Of a stretch of 17,069 bases of DNA, positions 7,005-15,705 are shown piece after piece; position 1 is the first letter of the stretch; each line of letters opens with the position of its first letter. The DNA comes from an uncultured bacterium (lineage in GTDB: Bacteria > JAJVIF01 > JAPKYR01). The position numbers were made by a program, and so were the translations under genes. The notes below the pieces were generated by a model. It ran no database searches, was not told the origin of the DNA, and was given only the letters and a program-made list of their open reading frames with translations. The DNA is taken from positions 1-17,069 of the forward strand of contig CBDURU010000083.1 in NCBI GenBank assembly GCA_965369865.1, read 5' to 3'.

Positions 7005-7033
7005 ATTATATGAAATCGTCTGGGCATAAACAA
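7005..7033 (-). promoter_or_regulatory. Putative sigma70 promoter TTGTTT-17nt-TATAAT for the propeller lipoprotein
   Basis: -35 at 7033-7028 and -10 TATAAT at 7010-7005, 36 nt upstream of ATG 6968. Confidence 0.6.
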
Positions 7034-7312
7034 TGAAAAAATTTATCCCTGCCACTATCCAGCTCCCAGACAGGTTGAATGAGGCGCAAGTTCCTTTGGT
7101 CCCGGCTCCTCGATCGGACCGGTCGGGATCCCGGTCGTACTGCTGTGAAGATGCTGATACCGATTCCCTGACAGTCATGCCTCCGGATTGCTGTAGCTCT
7201 GGATTAATCTGACATTAAGATTCATTATCCTTCATTACGAACCTGGATGCCCGTCGCACGATATTAATTTAACACCTTCCGGCCTACGGATGCCTTGGAC
7301 AGGTATATAAGC

Positions 7313-8506
7313 ATGAAAAAAACGAAAAATACCCAAAAGGGAAATGATATAAATATCCAAAAGGGAAATGATTATGAGAGTACCGAGCTTCATCAGGATG
7401 CCCGCGCGCTCTCAGGATTAGTAACGCTGGCTTCCAGTCTTAACGCATCGCATTCTGAGAAAATCCTCCTTCAGAATTTCACGAGGGGTTTAAGGGATAT
7501 CTGGCCTGGCGCGGGGATTATCCTGTTTGAGATCGATCGTGACGCCGGATTTCTTATCCCGATGGATTCTGTAACATCCGATCCGGTGCCTATCCTGGGA
7601 AGCCTGATCGGGAGCCTTCTCAACGAGCGGGAATGTAAAATCGTAAGGCATCTTGACGATCAGTCCGGATACATACGCGGGAGGGAAGCTCCCCCCGGCC
7701 TGAAATGGTCCGGGATGGTCGGGTCCCCGTTCCCTTCCTCCGGAAAGCCGACACATGTCGTGGCGGTCTACCGTACCGATTCCGAGCCTGTTGTGGATTA
7801 CGATAAAGTTTTACTGAAACGCGCATTAACATTGCTCGAACCACTTCTCACACGCTGGCGAGTGCAGGAAAGGCAGCTCGAGGCATTCCTTCAGATCGCG
7901 AGGGCGATGGCGACCGCGGCGGATTCACGCGACCCGTATATGATCGGCCACAGTGAACGCGTGAGTGAATTCGCGCAGGCAATCGCCCGAACCCATGGCC
8001 TGTTTACCGGGTTCATCGAAAGGCTGTCCCTTGCGGGTCTCCTCCATGACCTCGGAATGCTTGGGGTTCCTGAAAGCATTATCCTGAAACCCGATTCGCT
8101 GACCCCTGAAGAAATGAGAATCGTACGGGCACATCCTGATTTATCTATTCGGTTTCTCGAAAATGTAGATTACCTCAAGGAAACCTTCTCAGCGATCAGG
8201 CATCACCATGAACGATTCGATGGCAGCGGATATCCTGACAAAATCGAGGGTGACGATATTCCGCTCGGGGCCAGGATTCTGGCAGTAGCGGACTCGTTTG
8301 ACGCGATGACGTCGCCAAGGCCGTTCCGGGGTCCGATGCCCGATAAGGAAGCCCTCCATCAACTCAAGAAGAATAAGGGGACTCAATTCGATCCGATAAT
8401 TGTCGAGGCGTTTTTAAGGGCACATGAGGAAAAGCTGATATTGTCTCAAAATGTGCTGAGAGCCGAAGATCCTTTGGCGAATCTGAGAACCTTGAAGAGT
8501 AAATAA
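7313..8506 (+). CDS. GAF-like + HD-GYP domain protein (putative cyclic-dinucleotide phosphodiesterase)
   Basis: GHSERV, LLHDLG, HP, HHERFDGSGYP, IPLGARILAVADSFDAMTSPRPFR, GTQFDP, with an N-terminal GAF-like region. ATG 7313 preferred over TTG 7295. Confidence 0.9.
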   Translation: MKKTKNTQKGNDINIQKGNDYESTELHQDARALSGLVTLASSLNASHSEKILLQNFTRGLRDIWPGAGIILFEIDRDAGFLIPMDSVTSDPVPILGSLIGSLLNERECKIVRHLDDQSGYIRGREAPPGLKWSGMVGSPFPSSGKPTHVVAVYRTDSEPVVDYDKVLLKRALTLLEPLLTRWRVQERQLEAFLQIARAMATAADSRDPYMIGHSERVSEFAQAIARTHGLFTGFIERLSLAGLLHDLGMLGVPESIILKPDSLTPEEMRIVRAHPDLSIRFLENVDYLKETFSAIRHHHERFDGSGYPDKIEGDDIPLGARILAVADSFDAMTSPRPFRGPMPDKEALHQLKKNKGTQFDPIIVEAFLRAHEEKLILSQNVLRAEDPLANLRTLKSK

Positions 8507-8611
8507 CCATAATTATTGTAAATGGGATTTGTGTACACGCGTCGGAGACACATGTTGTCGCATGCCACGATTTTTGTGAATTTTCATGTTAATGTATATG
8601 CGGTGACACAT

Positions 8612-9049
8612 ATGGATTCACGCTCAGAAGATTTCATACACATCATCCGTCTCGATCCCGGTGAGAAAATAATGGAAAGCCTTCTAAATTATCTCGAAGG
8701 CAAACAGGACATCCTTCCGTCCGGCTTCCTCAGCGCGATCGGGGCAACATCGAATTGCGAAATAGGATGGTACTCGATCCCCGATGACAAGTACCAGACT
8801 ACTGTAATCGTAGAGAACTGTGAAATTGTCGGGATAATTGGAAACATTGCATGGATAGATGGAGTACCTGTTGTCCATGCGCATATAACACTTGGGAAGG
8901 AAGATTACTCGACTGTCGGCGGACACCTTATCGAAGGAACCGTCAGCGTAACCTGCGAGATATATATCCACAAGGTTCCGATACCTGTCAGCCGGGCATC
9001 GAGCGAGAAATTCAGTAGCCTGAAGCTGATTGAATTCAAGGGACCATGA
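8612..9049 (+). CDS. PPC domain (DUF296) protein
   Basis: IIRLDPGEKIMESL, SAIGA, EIVGIIGNI, HAHITLG, VGGHL, TCEI. ATG 8612 is preceded by GGTGA and gives a 145-aa single-domain protein (track start 8522). Confidence 0.9.
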   Translation: MDSRSEDFIHIIRLDPGEKIMESLLNYLEGKQDILPSGFLSAIGATSNCEIGWYSIPDDKYQTTVIVENCEIVGIIGNIAWIDGVPVVHAHITLGKEDYSTVGGHLIEGTVSVTCEIYIHKVPIPVSRASSEKFSSLKLIEFKGP

Positions 9050-9756
9050 ACACTCAACTCTACGAATTCAGGTCTGTTTCGTATTCAGTACCGCCCAATA
9101 AACCGGGGGAACCCGCGACCCTCATAATCAATGATGCATCATTCAAGATTCTGAGTGGTGTGCTCACTCTGATTACCGGCGCATCTGGTTCCGGAAAAAC
9201 AACTCTTTTAAGGCTTTTCAACAGGCTGTCGGAACCCACTTCCGGGGAGATTATTTTTGATGGGAAGAATATTAGAGATTACCCTGTGAAGGAACTCCGC
9301 CGACGGATAGGATGGGTGCCGCAAGTACCTGTACGATTCAAGGGCACAGTAGAAGATAACCTCCACCTGCCATTTAAATACTCAAACCCAAAAAAATATT
9401 CCGGCAGTGAAATATCGAGAGCGGTTGATGAGCTAAAGTCACTCGAACTGCTTCCATCGGAACTTTTTTATAGGAAGGCAGACGATCTGAGTGTCGGTGA
9501 GGCTCAGCGCATGAATCTTATGAGAGCCATAGCGCTTAAACCGGATATTCTCCTCCTTGATGAACCGACAAGCGCTCTCGATCCGAAAGCGTCGGATGTG
9601 CTTCTCGGCCACATCAAACGGATTCAGGCGGAACGCAACCTGACTTCGATCATGGTCACCCATCGCCCGGCTGAAGAAGTTCTCGGGCAATTCGCGCTTA
9701 GTATTCTTGACGGCGTTGTCAGAACTGATGGGAGTAGATTAGGGGGTGATATATGA
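9046..9756 (+). CDS. fetA: ABC transporter ATP-binding protein, FetA/YbbL-like
   Basis: Walker A GASGSGKT, Q-loop VPQ, signature LSVGE, Walker B ILLLDEPT, H-loop VTH. ATGA overlaps with both neighbours; adjacent to a UPF0014 permease. Confidence 0.8.
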   Translation: MNTQLYEFRSVSYSVPPNKPGEPATLIINDASFKILSGVLTLITGASGSGKTTLLRLFNRLSEPTSGEIIFDGKNIRDYPVKELRRRIGWVPQVPVRFKGTVEDNLHLPFKYSNPKKYSGSEISRAVDELKSLELLPSELFYRKADDLSVGEAQRMNLMRAIALKPDILLLDEPTSALDPKASDVLLGHIKRIQAERNLTSIMVTHRPAEEVLGQFALSILDGVVRTDGSRLGGDI

Positions 9757-10541
9757 ACGGTGATTTGATTATTGTTGGCTGGGAAAATGTATTTATCGGC
9801 CTGGGACTGGGTGCTGTAGCTGTCGGGCTGAGTTATTTCAACGGTTTCCGCCTGGAGAGAGATATCACGGTCGGGATTTTCCGTTCGCTGATCCAGTTAT
9901 CCATTCTGGGATATGTTCTCGTATACATATTTCGAATCGAGGCCATCTGGGCTATTGTCCTGATTCTAATTGTCATGACCCTGATTGCCGCGTTCACGGC
10001 AAAAGGCCGGATCAAACATTTATATCCCGGAGCGATCCCGATTTTGTGGGTAAGTATTGCGGCAGGATCATTCTTCGCCCTGGCATATATCACGCTTTTA
10101 ACGCTATCGGACCCGATGGCATTAAGTCCCCGCTACCTGATCCCGCTTGGGGGGATGGTGGTCGGAAATGTCCTGAACGGAGTCACCCTCGCCATGGAAC
10201 GGTTCAGGAGTGAACTTAAAAATAACCGCGACCGTATCGAGGTCCTGCTTTCAATGGGAGCCGATTCATCGGAAGCCGCGTCGGAGAGCGCAAGAAGCTC
10301 TTTTACGGCAGCGATGATCCCTCTCCTGAATTCTATGATGGTTATCGGCGTAATACAGATTCCGGGAATGATGTCCGGACAGGTGCTCACCGGCGCCGAC
10401 CCGCTGATCGCCGCCAGGTACCAGATCCTGGTCATGATGATGCTCCTCGGTGGAAAAGTCATATCATTGGTTTTCTTCCTTAAGTTGGCTGTTAGAAAAT
10501 ATTTCACTCCGGACCACCAGTTGTGCCGTGAACTATTATAA
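9753..10541 (+). CDS. fetB: ABC transporter permease, FetB/YbbM (UPF0014) family
   Basis: RSLIQLSILGYVL, PRYLIPLGGMVVGN, EVLLSMGA, AAMIP.LNSM...G...IPGMMSGQVL.GADP..AARYQI; several TM segments. Confidence 0.88.
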   Translation: MNGDLIIVGWENVFIGLGLGAVAVGLSYFNGFRLERDITVGIFRSLIQLSILGYVLVYIFRIEAIWAIVLILIVMTLIAAFTAKGRIKHLYPGAIPILWVSIAAGSFFALAYITLLTLSDPMALSPRYLIPLGGMVVGNVLNGVTLAMERFRSELKNNRDRIEVLLSMGADSSEAASESARSSFTAAMIPLLNSMMVIGVIQIPGMMSGQVLTGADPLIAARYQILVMMMLLGGKVISLVFFLKLAVRKYFTPDHQLCRELL

Positions 10542-10671
10542 TTGTAACTCGGTAGGGGTTTCTTAAAACATGAGGTTCCGGGATGGATTATGGATTTCGG
10601 GAGGAAATTTATACAATCAGGTGCTGAATTCCTGATAATATATGTAGCGAACTAATTAGTGAGTAGGAGAT

Positions 10672-11904
10672 TTGGCGGATCTAAGTAAATATTTCAAGGA
10701 ATTAACATCTCTTGACTGGCACAGGCGTGAAATCACCTGCCGGGAGCTTGGGGCAATCGGCGACGAGAGTGCAGTCGAGCCGCTGATCGATCTCCTGGAC
10801 GATTCACGGCCACCCGTCCAGCAGGCGGCATGCGACGCTCTCGGCGAAATAGGCGACGAACGCGCTGTTTTCCCATTGGTCAGACGTCTCGATACAGCCA
10901 GACATCTCAGGCATTCAATCTGCCGGGTACTCGGGCTGATTGGTGATCCTCGCGCATTTGAGACCCTGATGAAATACATCGAGGATGATTCAACGTCCGT
11001 TTATTTCGCGGTATATAAATCACTTGGCCAACTCGCCGATGAACGTGCCCTGGAGCCGTTACTTGAGAGGCTCGAATATGATGACTGGCATATTCGCGAA
11101 GCGATCTGCTACGCCCTGGGCGACCTGGGCGATACTCGTGCCGTCGAACCTGTCATCGAACTGCTTGATGACGAACCACGGGTCAGGATTGCAGCGTGTG
11201 CCGCACTCGGACAACTGGGCGGGCCCCGTGCGATTCTCTCAATTCTGCCATTACTCAATGACTCTGACGAGAATGTTAAATCATTGGCAGCCGAGGTCCT
11301 GGACATCATTGACCGAAACGATATCGCTCAGGCTGTTACCGGTAGTTCTTCCAGCGATACCGAGCCTGATTACCCCATGTTGGATTCTCTGATTGAATTG
11401 ATGTCCCAGGACAATGGGGACGTCAAACGTCTTGCATCTGAAATTGTCACTTTAATTTATGATATTCTAGACCCCGATCCGGCCACAAGCCTGTGTTCAT
11501 ACTGTTTTAATTACTTTGAAACACGGTTCCACCAGATCGATATGAAAACGCGGATTAAAACCTGCGTATGCAGAACATGCGGTAAAACAGGCATGATACT
11601 TCCCGATATCCATGAGGTGATAGCCGTTCTGGACAAGAAAATGGAAGAGGATTTCGTTCATTTACCTGGAATCGTACGGATTAACTGGCTTAAGAGACGT
11701 AAAATGTTTGATATCAACCGAATCGTAATAAAGTCGGCCAGCAAAAGGGACCTCGGGGAGTTGATAACCACTCTTGATGCCGATGACTTTATCACGAGGC
11801 CTGGCAGCCGGAAAGATATTCTTTGCACGATATCAAAAGAATGCAAATTTGGGAGTTCATTAATTGATGAGTTAAGGACTCTGATCGGATTTGTTGTAGA
11901 TTAA
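10672..11904 (+). CDS. HEAT/PBS-lyase-like repeat protein with a Cys-containing C-terminal domain
   Basis: About six ~30-aa repeats (ACDALGEIGDERAV.PL), then CSYC...CRTC. TTG start is uncertain because AGGAG is only 2 nt upstream. Confidence 0.85.
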   Translation: MADLSKYFKELTSLDWHRREITCRELGAIGDESAVEPLIDLLDDSRPPVQQAACDALGEIGDERAVFPLVRRLDTARHLRHSICRVLGLIGDPRAFETLMKYIEDDSTSVYFAVYKSLGQLADERALEPLLERLEYDDWHIREAICYALGDLGDTRAVEPVIELLDDEPRVRIAACAALGQLGGPRAILSILPLLNDSDENVKSLAAEVLDIIDRNDIAQAVTGSSSSDTEPDYPMLDSLIELMSQDNGDVKRLASEIVTLIYDILDPDPATSLCSYCFNYFETRFHQIDMKTRIKTCVCRTCGKTGMILPDIHEVIAVLDKKMEEDFVHLPGIVRINWLKRRKMFDINRIVIKSASKRDLGELITTLDADDFITRPGSRKDILCTISKECKFGSSLIDELRTLIGFVVD

Positions 11905-11929
11905 CCGGTTTTACCGTAACAGTGGTGAA

Positions 11930-12655
11930 TCATTTATAGGGATCGACACCTTCCTCAATTGCCACTTTGCACTCGGTTCTCAAATCCTGGATATTCATTT
12001 TAATTTGTGTCGCGTAATCGGCATCCGCGCCTGGCTCGCCCTTCTTTCTTCGCCGGAACGCCGATCCACCCGCGACCAGCACGTCCGCCCCCGCAAGTAC
12101 GAGTTCACCGACATTACCGACATTTATTCCCCCGTCGACTTCAATCATGCCCTGCCATTCGCGTTTTCTAGCAAGCGCGGCAATCCGGGCAACTTTTACA
12201 GCAGTACCTTCTATGTGATCCTGGTACGCGAATCCCGGATTCACCGCCATAACGGTGATTAAATCAATAAATGGAAGGACATCAACGAGTGTCTCAACGG
12301 GAGTTGCCGGATTCAGTGCGACCCCGGCTTTCGCCCCCCCATCCCTGATCTGGGAAAGGATTTTATGGAGATGGACGCACGCTTCCTGGTGAACGGATAT
12401 ATACTCCGTGCCGATCTCAAGAAGATCAGGAATTAGCAATTCCGGATTGGTGACCATGAGATGGGCATCGAATGGAAGTTTACTTGCCGGCCTTACCAGT
12501 TTCACAACAGGCGGACCGTAGGTCAGGTTCGGCACGAAATGTCCGTCCATCAGGTCCAGATGAATCCAGTCGGCCCCTCCCTTCTCGGCCATTGATGTCG
12601 CGGATATCAGGCTTTCCGATTTAACAGCAAGAATTGACGGGGATATAAGAACCAT
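11930..12655 (-). CDS. rpe: Ribulose-phosphate 3-epimerase
   Basis: ISPSIL, IHLDLMDGHFVPNLTYG, DAHLMV, GVALNPATP, MAVNPGF, IEVDGGIN, GADVLVAGGS; GGAG SD upstream. Confidence 0.97.
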   Translation of the reverse strand: MVLISPSILAVKSESLISATSMAEKGGADWIHLDLMDGHFVPNLTYGPPVVKLVRPASKLPFDAHLMVTNPELLIPDLLEIGTEYISVHQEACVHLHKILSQIRDGGAKAGVALNPATPVETLVDVLPFIDLITVMAVNPGFAYQDHIEGTAVKVARIAALARKREWQGMIEVDGGINVGNVGELVLAGADVLVAGGSAFRRRKKGEPGADADYATQIKMNIQDLRTECKVAIEEGVDPYK

Positions 12656-12664
12656 TGTTTCTCC

Positions 12665-13795
12665 TTAAAATGTTTCATCGCGAATAATCTGGTTGTCGAA
12701 ATAAACCCTTACGGTCATACGGCCATAACCAGAGACAAGCTGATCGATCGTCGTAGGGCCTGTATGATCGACAGAGTATACTTCTTTTGTCTCGTACCTG
12801 TCCTGTACCGTTATCCTTAATCTTACCGTCCCCACGGATTCAGGGATATGCACTGAAACCGAAGCCGATCTCTGCCCGAGTGACTGCATAGATGCTGGCA
12901 CTGAAAGGGTTAGAAGGACTTCGGTGCCCTGAATCACCTGTTCGCCCGGCAGAGGAAACTGGCTGGAGACAGTAATATCACGCACTCCGGGCAGATATGT
13001 CCTGCTGACCCTCCGAAGTGTAAGATGTTGTTCTTCAATCAAATCCAGCGCTTCTTCGTATGGAAGCCCTTCCAGTTGCGGCATTGCTTCAGCCCTGGTT
13101 AACGGCCCCGCCGATGTCAACAGCTCCACGGCTTCTCCGACAGCGATAGCAGCACCCGGCGGCGGACTCTGGTTGATAATAGTACCACTCGGCGCGACAT
13201 CCGAGTATCTCGGGGACAGGTAATTGTATGTAACCCCGATCGCATCCAGTTGCGATTCCGCTTCCGGCCTGTCGAGCCCTATTACATTCGGGGTCGTAAG
13301 TGTTCTGGATCCGAGAGAAATATCGACAAGAACATCACGTCCGATTTTCACCCTGGCGCCGGATCCGGGGAACTGTTCGATAATATCATCCCTGACAACG
13401 GAATCGGAGTAACCCTCAATACGTATACGCAAAACAAGCCCCGCGTCTTCCACAACAATTCCGGCATCGGTGAAAGCCATACCAACAATTTCAGGGACAG
13501 TTGTATCCGCTTTATCACCCGCAAGAAAGGCCCATGACTGGTATGTGAGCATGGTTCCCGAAAGCACGAGGAATATCAAAACGCTCAGCCACATAATCAA
13601 CTGTACCGCCCGGGATTCACGCCGTCGTTCCTCGCGCGTCGGACCAAGGTCTGTCCCCGATCGCGTGGGGACAAGCTTCTTTACCGGTCCGCTCTTCTCA
13701 CCGGCACGCAGCCTGCGCCTCGCCTGGGCACGTCGGGACTGACTTCGGCTTCCGATTGAACCTGAAGGCAGTTTATTTTTTCCTTTCTCGCTCAA
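12665..13795 (-). CDS. Membrane-anchored PASTA-domain protein (3 PASTA + C-terminal beta domain), no kinase domain
   Basis: Arg-rich N-terminal tail, TM helix LIMWLSVLIFLVLSGTML, and repeats starting VPEIVG, TPNVIG, MPQLEG, each with Q.P..G and an S.G-like end; TTG start. Confidence 0.88.
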   Translation of the reverse strand: MSEKGKNKLPSGSIGSRSQSRRAQARRRLRAGEKSGPVKKLVPTRSGTDLGPTREERRRESRAVQLIMWLSVLIFLVLSGTMLTYQSWAFLAGDKADTTVPEIVGMAFTDAGIVVEDAGLVLRIRIEGYSDSVVRDDIIEQFPGSGARVKIGRDVLVDISLGSRTLTTPNVIGLDRPEAESQLDAIGVTYNYLSPRYSDVAPSGTIINQSPPPGAAIAVGEAVELLTSAGPLTRAEAMPQLEGLPYEEALDLIEEQHLTLRRVSRTYLPGVRDITVSSQFPLPGEQVIQGTEVLLTLSVPASMQSLGQRSASVSVHIPESVGTVRLRITVQDRYETKEVYSVDHTGPTTIDQLVSGYGRMTVRVYFDNQIIRDETF

Positions 13796-13804
13796 TAAGA
13801 ATCC

Positions 13805-14758
13805 CTATTCATCAAGACCTGTAAATTTTTCACCGACACTAACACGGTACCCGTTGAGAAAATCCCTTGCATTCATCGGGTTTTTCCCCGGGGGTTGAAT
13901 TTTTGTAATACACACAGCTTTGCCCCCACACGCAACGACAGGACCTTTATCAGACAAATTGATTACATCTCCCGGTTCAACTTTACCACTTGTCTCGTGA
14001 AAAATTTTATCAACAGTGAGAATTTTATATGAATTATCGCGAAACATCGATCTGGCACCGGGTTTAGGTGAAAATGCCCTGGTTTTATTCCTGACATCCG
14101 CTGCTTTTCCGGACCAGTCGATCCAGAGATCATCTTTGCCGATTTTCGGGGCCTTCGTAACATCATCCTCATTTTGCCGGACAGCTTTTATCTCATCTCC
14201 AAATTTTTCAAAATCATCGAGGACTTCGACAAGCATCGTGGCGCCAATGGGATAAAGCCTTTGGCAAAGACTGCCGTGATCGTCGTCCGGATAGATCGGT
14301 AGTTCAATCTGTTTGAGAATGTCGCCGGCATCGAGTTTTTTATGAAGGTACTGCACTGTCACGCCTGTAGTCTCATCACCCGCGAGAAGTGTGTAACGAA
14401 CCGGAGACGCGCCGCGCCATCTCGGTAGAAGCGACGGGTGCAGATTGATCGATTTAAATTTTGGCGCCTGGTAAATTGAGGACGGGATGTATTCTCCATA
14501 GCTCACGACGACAATTATGTCCGGGTCCGCTTCAGCGATCGCCCGCTTTGAATCGTCCTCCCTGATCGTCCGGGGCTGGATAAGCGGAATTCTGAATTCC
14601 CCGGCCGCCAGCCTCACGACACCGGGCATCAGCTTACGCCCCCTTCCTTTCGGACGGTCCGGTTGAGTCACGACCAGGACAATATCATGCTCGCTTTTCG
14701 CGACCCTTCTGAGAGCGCTCTCTCCAAGCTCATCGGTACCGACAAATACAACCCTCAT
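13805..14758 (-). CDS. fmt: Methionyl-tRNA formyltransferase
   Basis: MRVVFVGT, VVTQPDRPKGRG, VVSYG, INLHPSLLPRWRGASPV, LDAGDIL, APKI.K....IDW, RAFSPKPGA, IQPPGKNPM...DFLNG. Confidence 0.96.
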   Translation of the reverse strand: MRVVFVGTDELGESALRRVAKSEHDIVLVVTQPDRPKGRGRKLMPGVVRLAAGEFRIPLIQPRTIREDDSKRAIAEADPDIIVVVSYGEYIPSSIYQAPKFKSINLHPSLLPRWRGASPVRYTLLAGDETTGVTVQYLHKKLDAGDILKQIELPIYPDDDHGSLCQRLYPIGATMLVEVLDDFEKFGDEIKAVRQNEDDVTKAPKIGKDDLWIDWSGKAADVRNKTRAFSPKPGARSMFRDNSYKILTVDKIFHETSGKVEPGDVINLSDKGPVVACGGKAVCITKIQPPGKNPMNARDFLNGYRVSVGEKFTGLDE

Positions 14759-15615
14759 GCTTCACCCCCGGACGCCCCTATTATATCAACCGGTACAACC
14801 TGGCCAATAGCTTCGAACAGTTTTACTCCGACTTCAAGCGGAATTTTCACATCAAGGAGATTCCGCTCGGAAAAAGCGCCGTGGTAATCAGAGCCGCCGG
14901 TCACGATACAGTCTCTCTGCCTTGCGATCTCCAATAGGTCATCGAAAATCTGACCGGTGTGATCTGGGTAATAGAGTTCGAAACCCTTCGCGCCCAGGTC
15001 CAGAAGCTCCTCGAGCCACGAGTTGTCGGGAAATTTATATGGGTGTGCAACGATAGGGATCGCACCGACCTCCAGCATCATATTTAACGGATCCTCGATA
15101 CGGGTTTCGTGATCGACCCATGCTTTGGCGCCAAATGCAAGGTATTCATGAAAAAATCCGAGTATGTCTTTCAGGTTATTTATATAACCCTGGTTGAACA
15201 GTTCCCGCATTATATGGGAAGGCATCGGTGGATTCTCTTTACTGATCTCATACACTTTCCCGATCGAAATATCAAACCCACATTCCCTGAGCTTATTCAG
15301 GGTCTCCTTCATACGTTCCTTGAGGTACGAGTGATGGTTATCCATGAATTTAATAACGCGGGGATCATCGACCGGAAGGCCGTACCCGAGGAGATGAACT
15401 TCCATACCGCGGTACACCGTGGAGAATTCGATACCGACTGTCGCACAAAGGCCAATTTCAGAAGCGGTTTGTAGGAACTCCTCACCGCCACCCATGGTAT
15501 CGTGATCGGTCAGTGCGGCGATTTTAATACCATTCATATTGAACGCCAGAGCGAGTTCGTGCGGGGAGTGCGAACCATCGGATGCGGTTGAATGGCTGTG
15601 TAGGTCGACTGGCAT
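14755..15615 (-). CDS. PHP-domain metallo-phosphoesterase (TrpH/YciV-like)
   Basis: DLHSHSTASDGS, ALTDHDT, GIEFS, VHLLGY, VAHP, GFELYYPDH, TGGSDYHG; ATGA overlap with fmt. Confidence 0.92.
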   Translation of the reverse strand: MPVDLHSHSTASDGSHSPHELALAFNMNGIKIAALTDHDTMGGGEEFLQTASEIGLCATVGIEFSTVYRGMEVHLLGYGLPVDDPRVIKFMDNHHSYLKERMKETLNKLRECGFDISIGKVYEISKENPPMPSHIMRELFNQGYINNLKDILGFFHEYLAFGAKAWVDHETRIEDPLNMMLEVGAIPIVAHPYKFPDNSWLEELLDLGAKGFELYYPDHTGQIFDDLLEIARQRDCIVTGGSDYHGAFSERNLLDVKIPLEVGVKLFEAIGQVVPVDIIGASGGEA

Positions 15616-15657
15616 ACTTGGACCGGACCATGAGGATAGTACTCACGGACAATATGC

Positions 15658-15687
15658 ATTGTACTTTTTATTACGCTGGATGGTCAA
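15658..15687 (-). promoter_or_regulatory. Putative sigma70 promoter TTGACC-18nt-TACAAT for the PHP-fmt-PASTA-rpe operon
   Basis: -35 at 15687-15682 and -10 at 15663-15658, 42 nt upstream of ATG 15615. Confidence 0.65.
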
Positions 15688-15705
15688 ACAAAGATGGATA
15701 GTTAT

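Noticed and set aside
6969..7178. 70-aa N-terminal extension of the propeller ORF given in the track
   Set aside because: The signal peptide and lipobox start at ATG 6968, a TTGTTT-17-TATAAT promoter lies inside the extension, and GGAGG is only 1 nt from ATG 7178.
7057..7204. GC-rich patch upstream of the HD-GYP gene as a c-di-GMP or cobalamin riboswitch or 6S RNA
   Set aside because: Only short scattered helices (ATCCAG/CTGGAT, GAGGC/GCCTC, GACCGG/CCGGTC) and no convincing consensus motifs on either strand. An Rfam scan would settle it.
10581..10594. 14-nt match GGATGGATTATGGA shared with 16790-16803
   Set aside because: About one exact 14-mer match is expected by chance in 17 kb, and the similarity barely extends.
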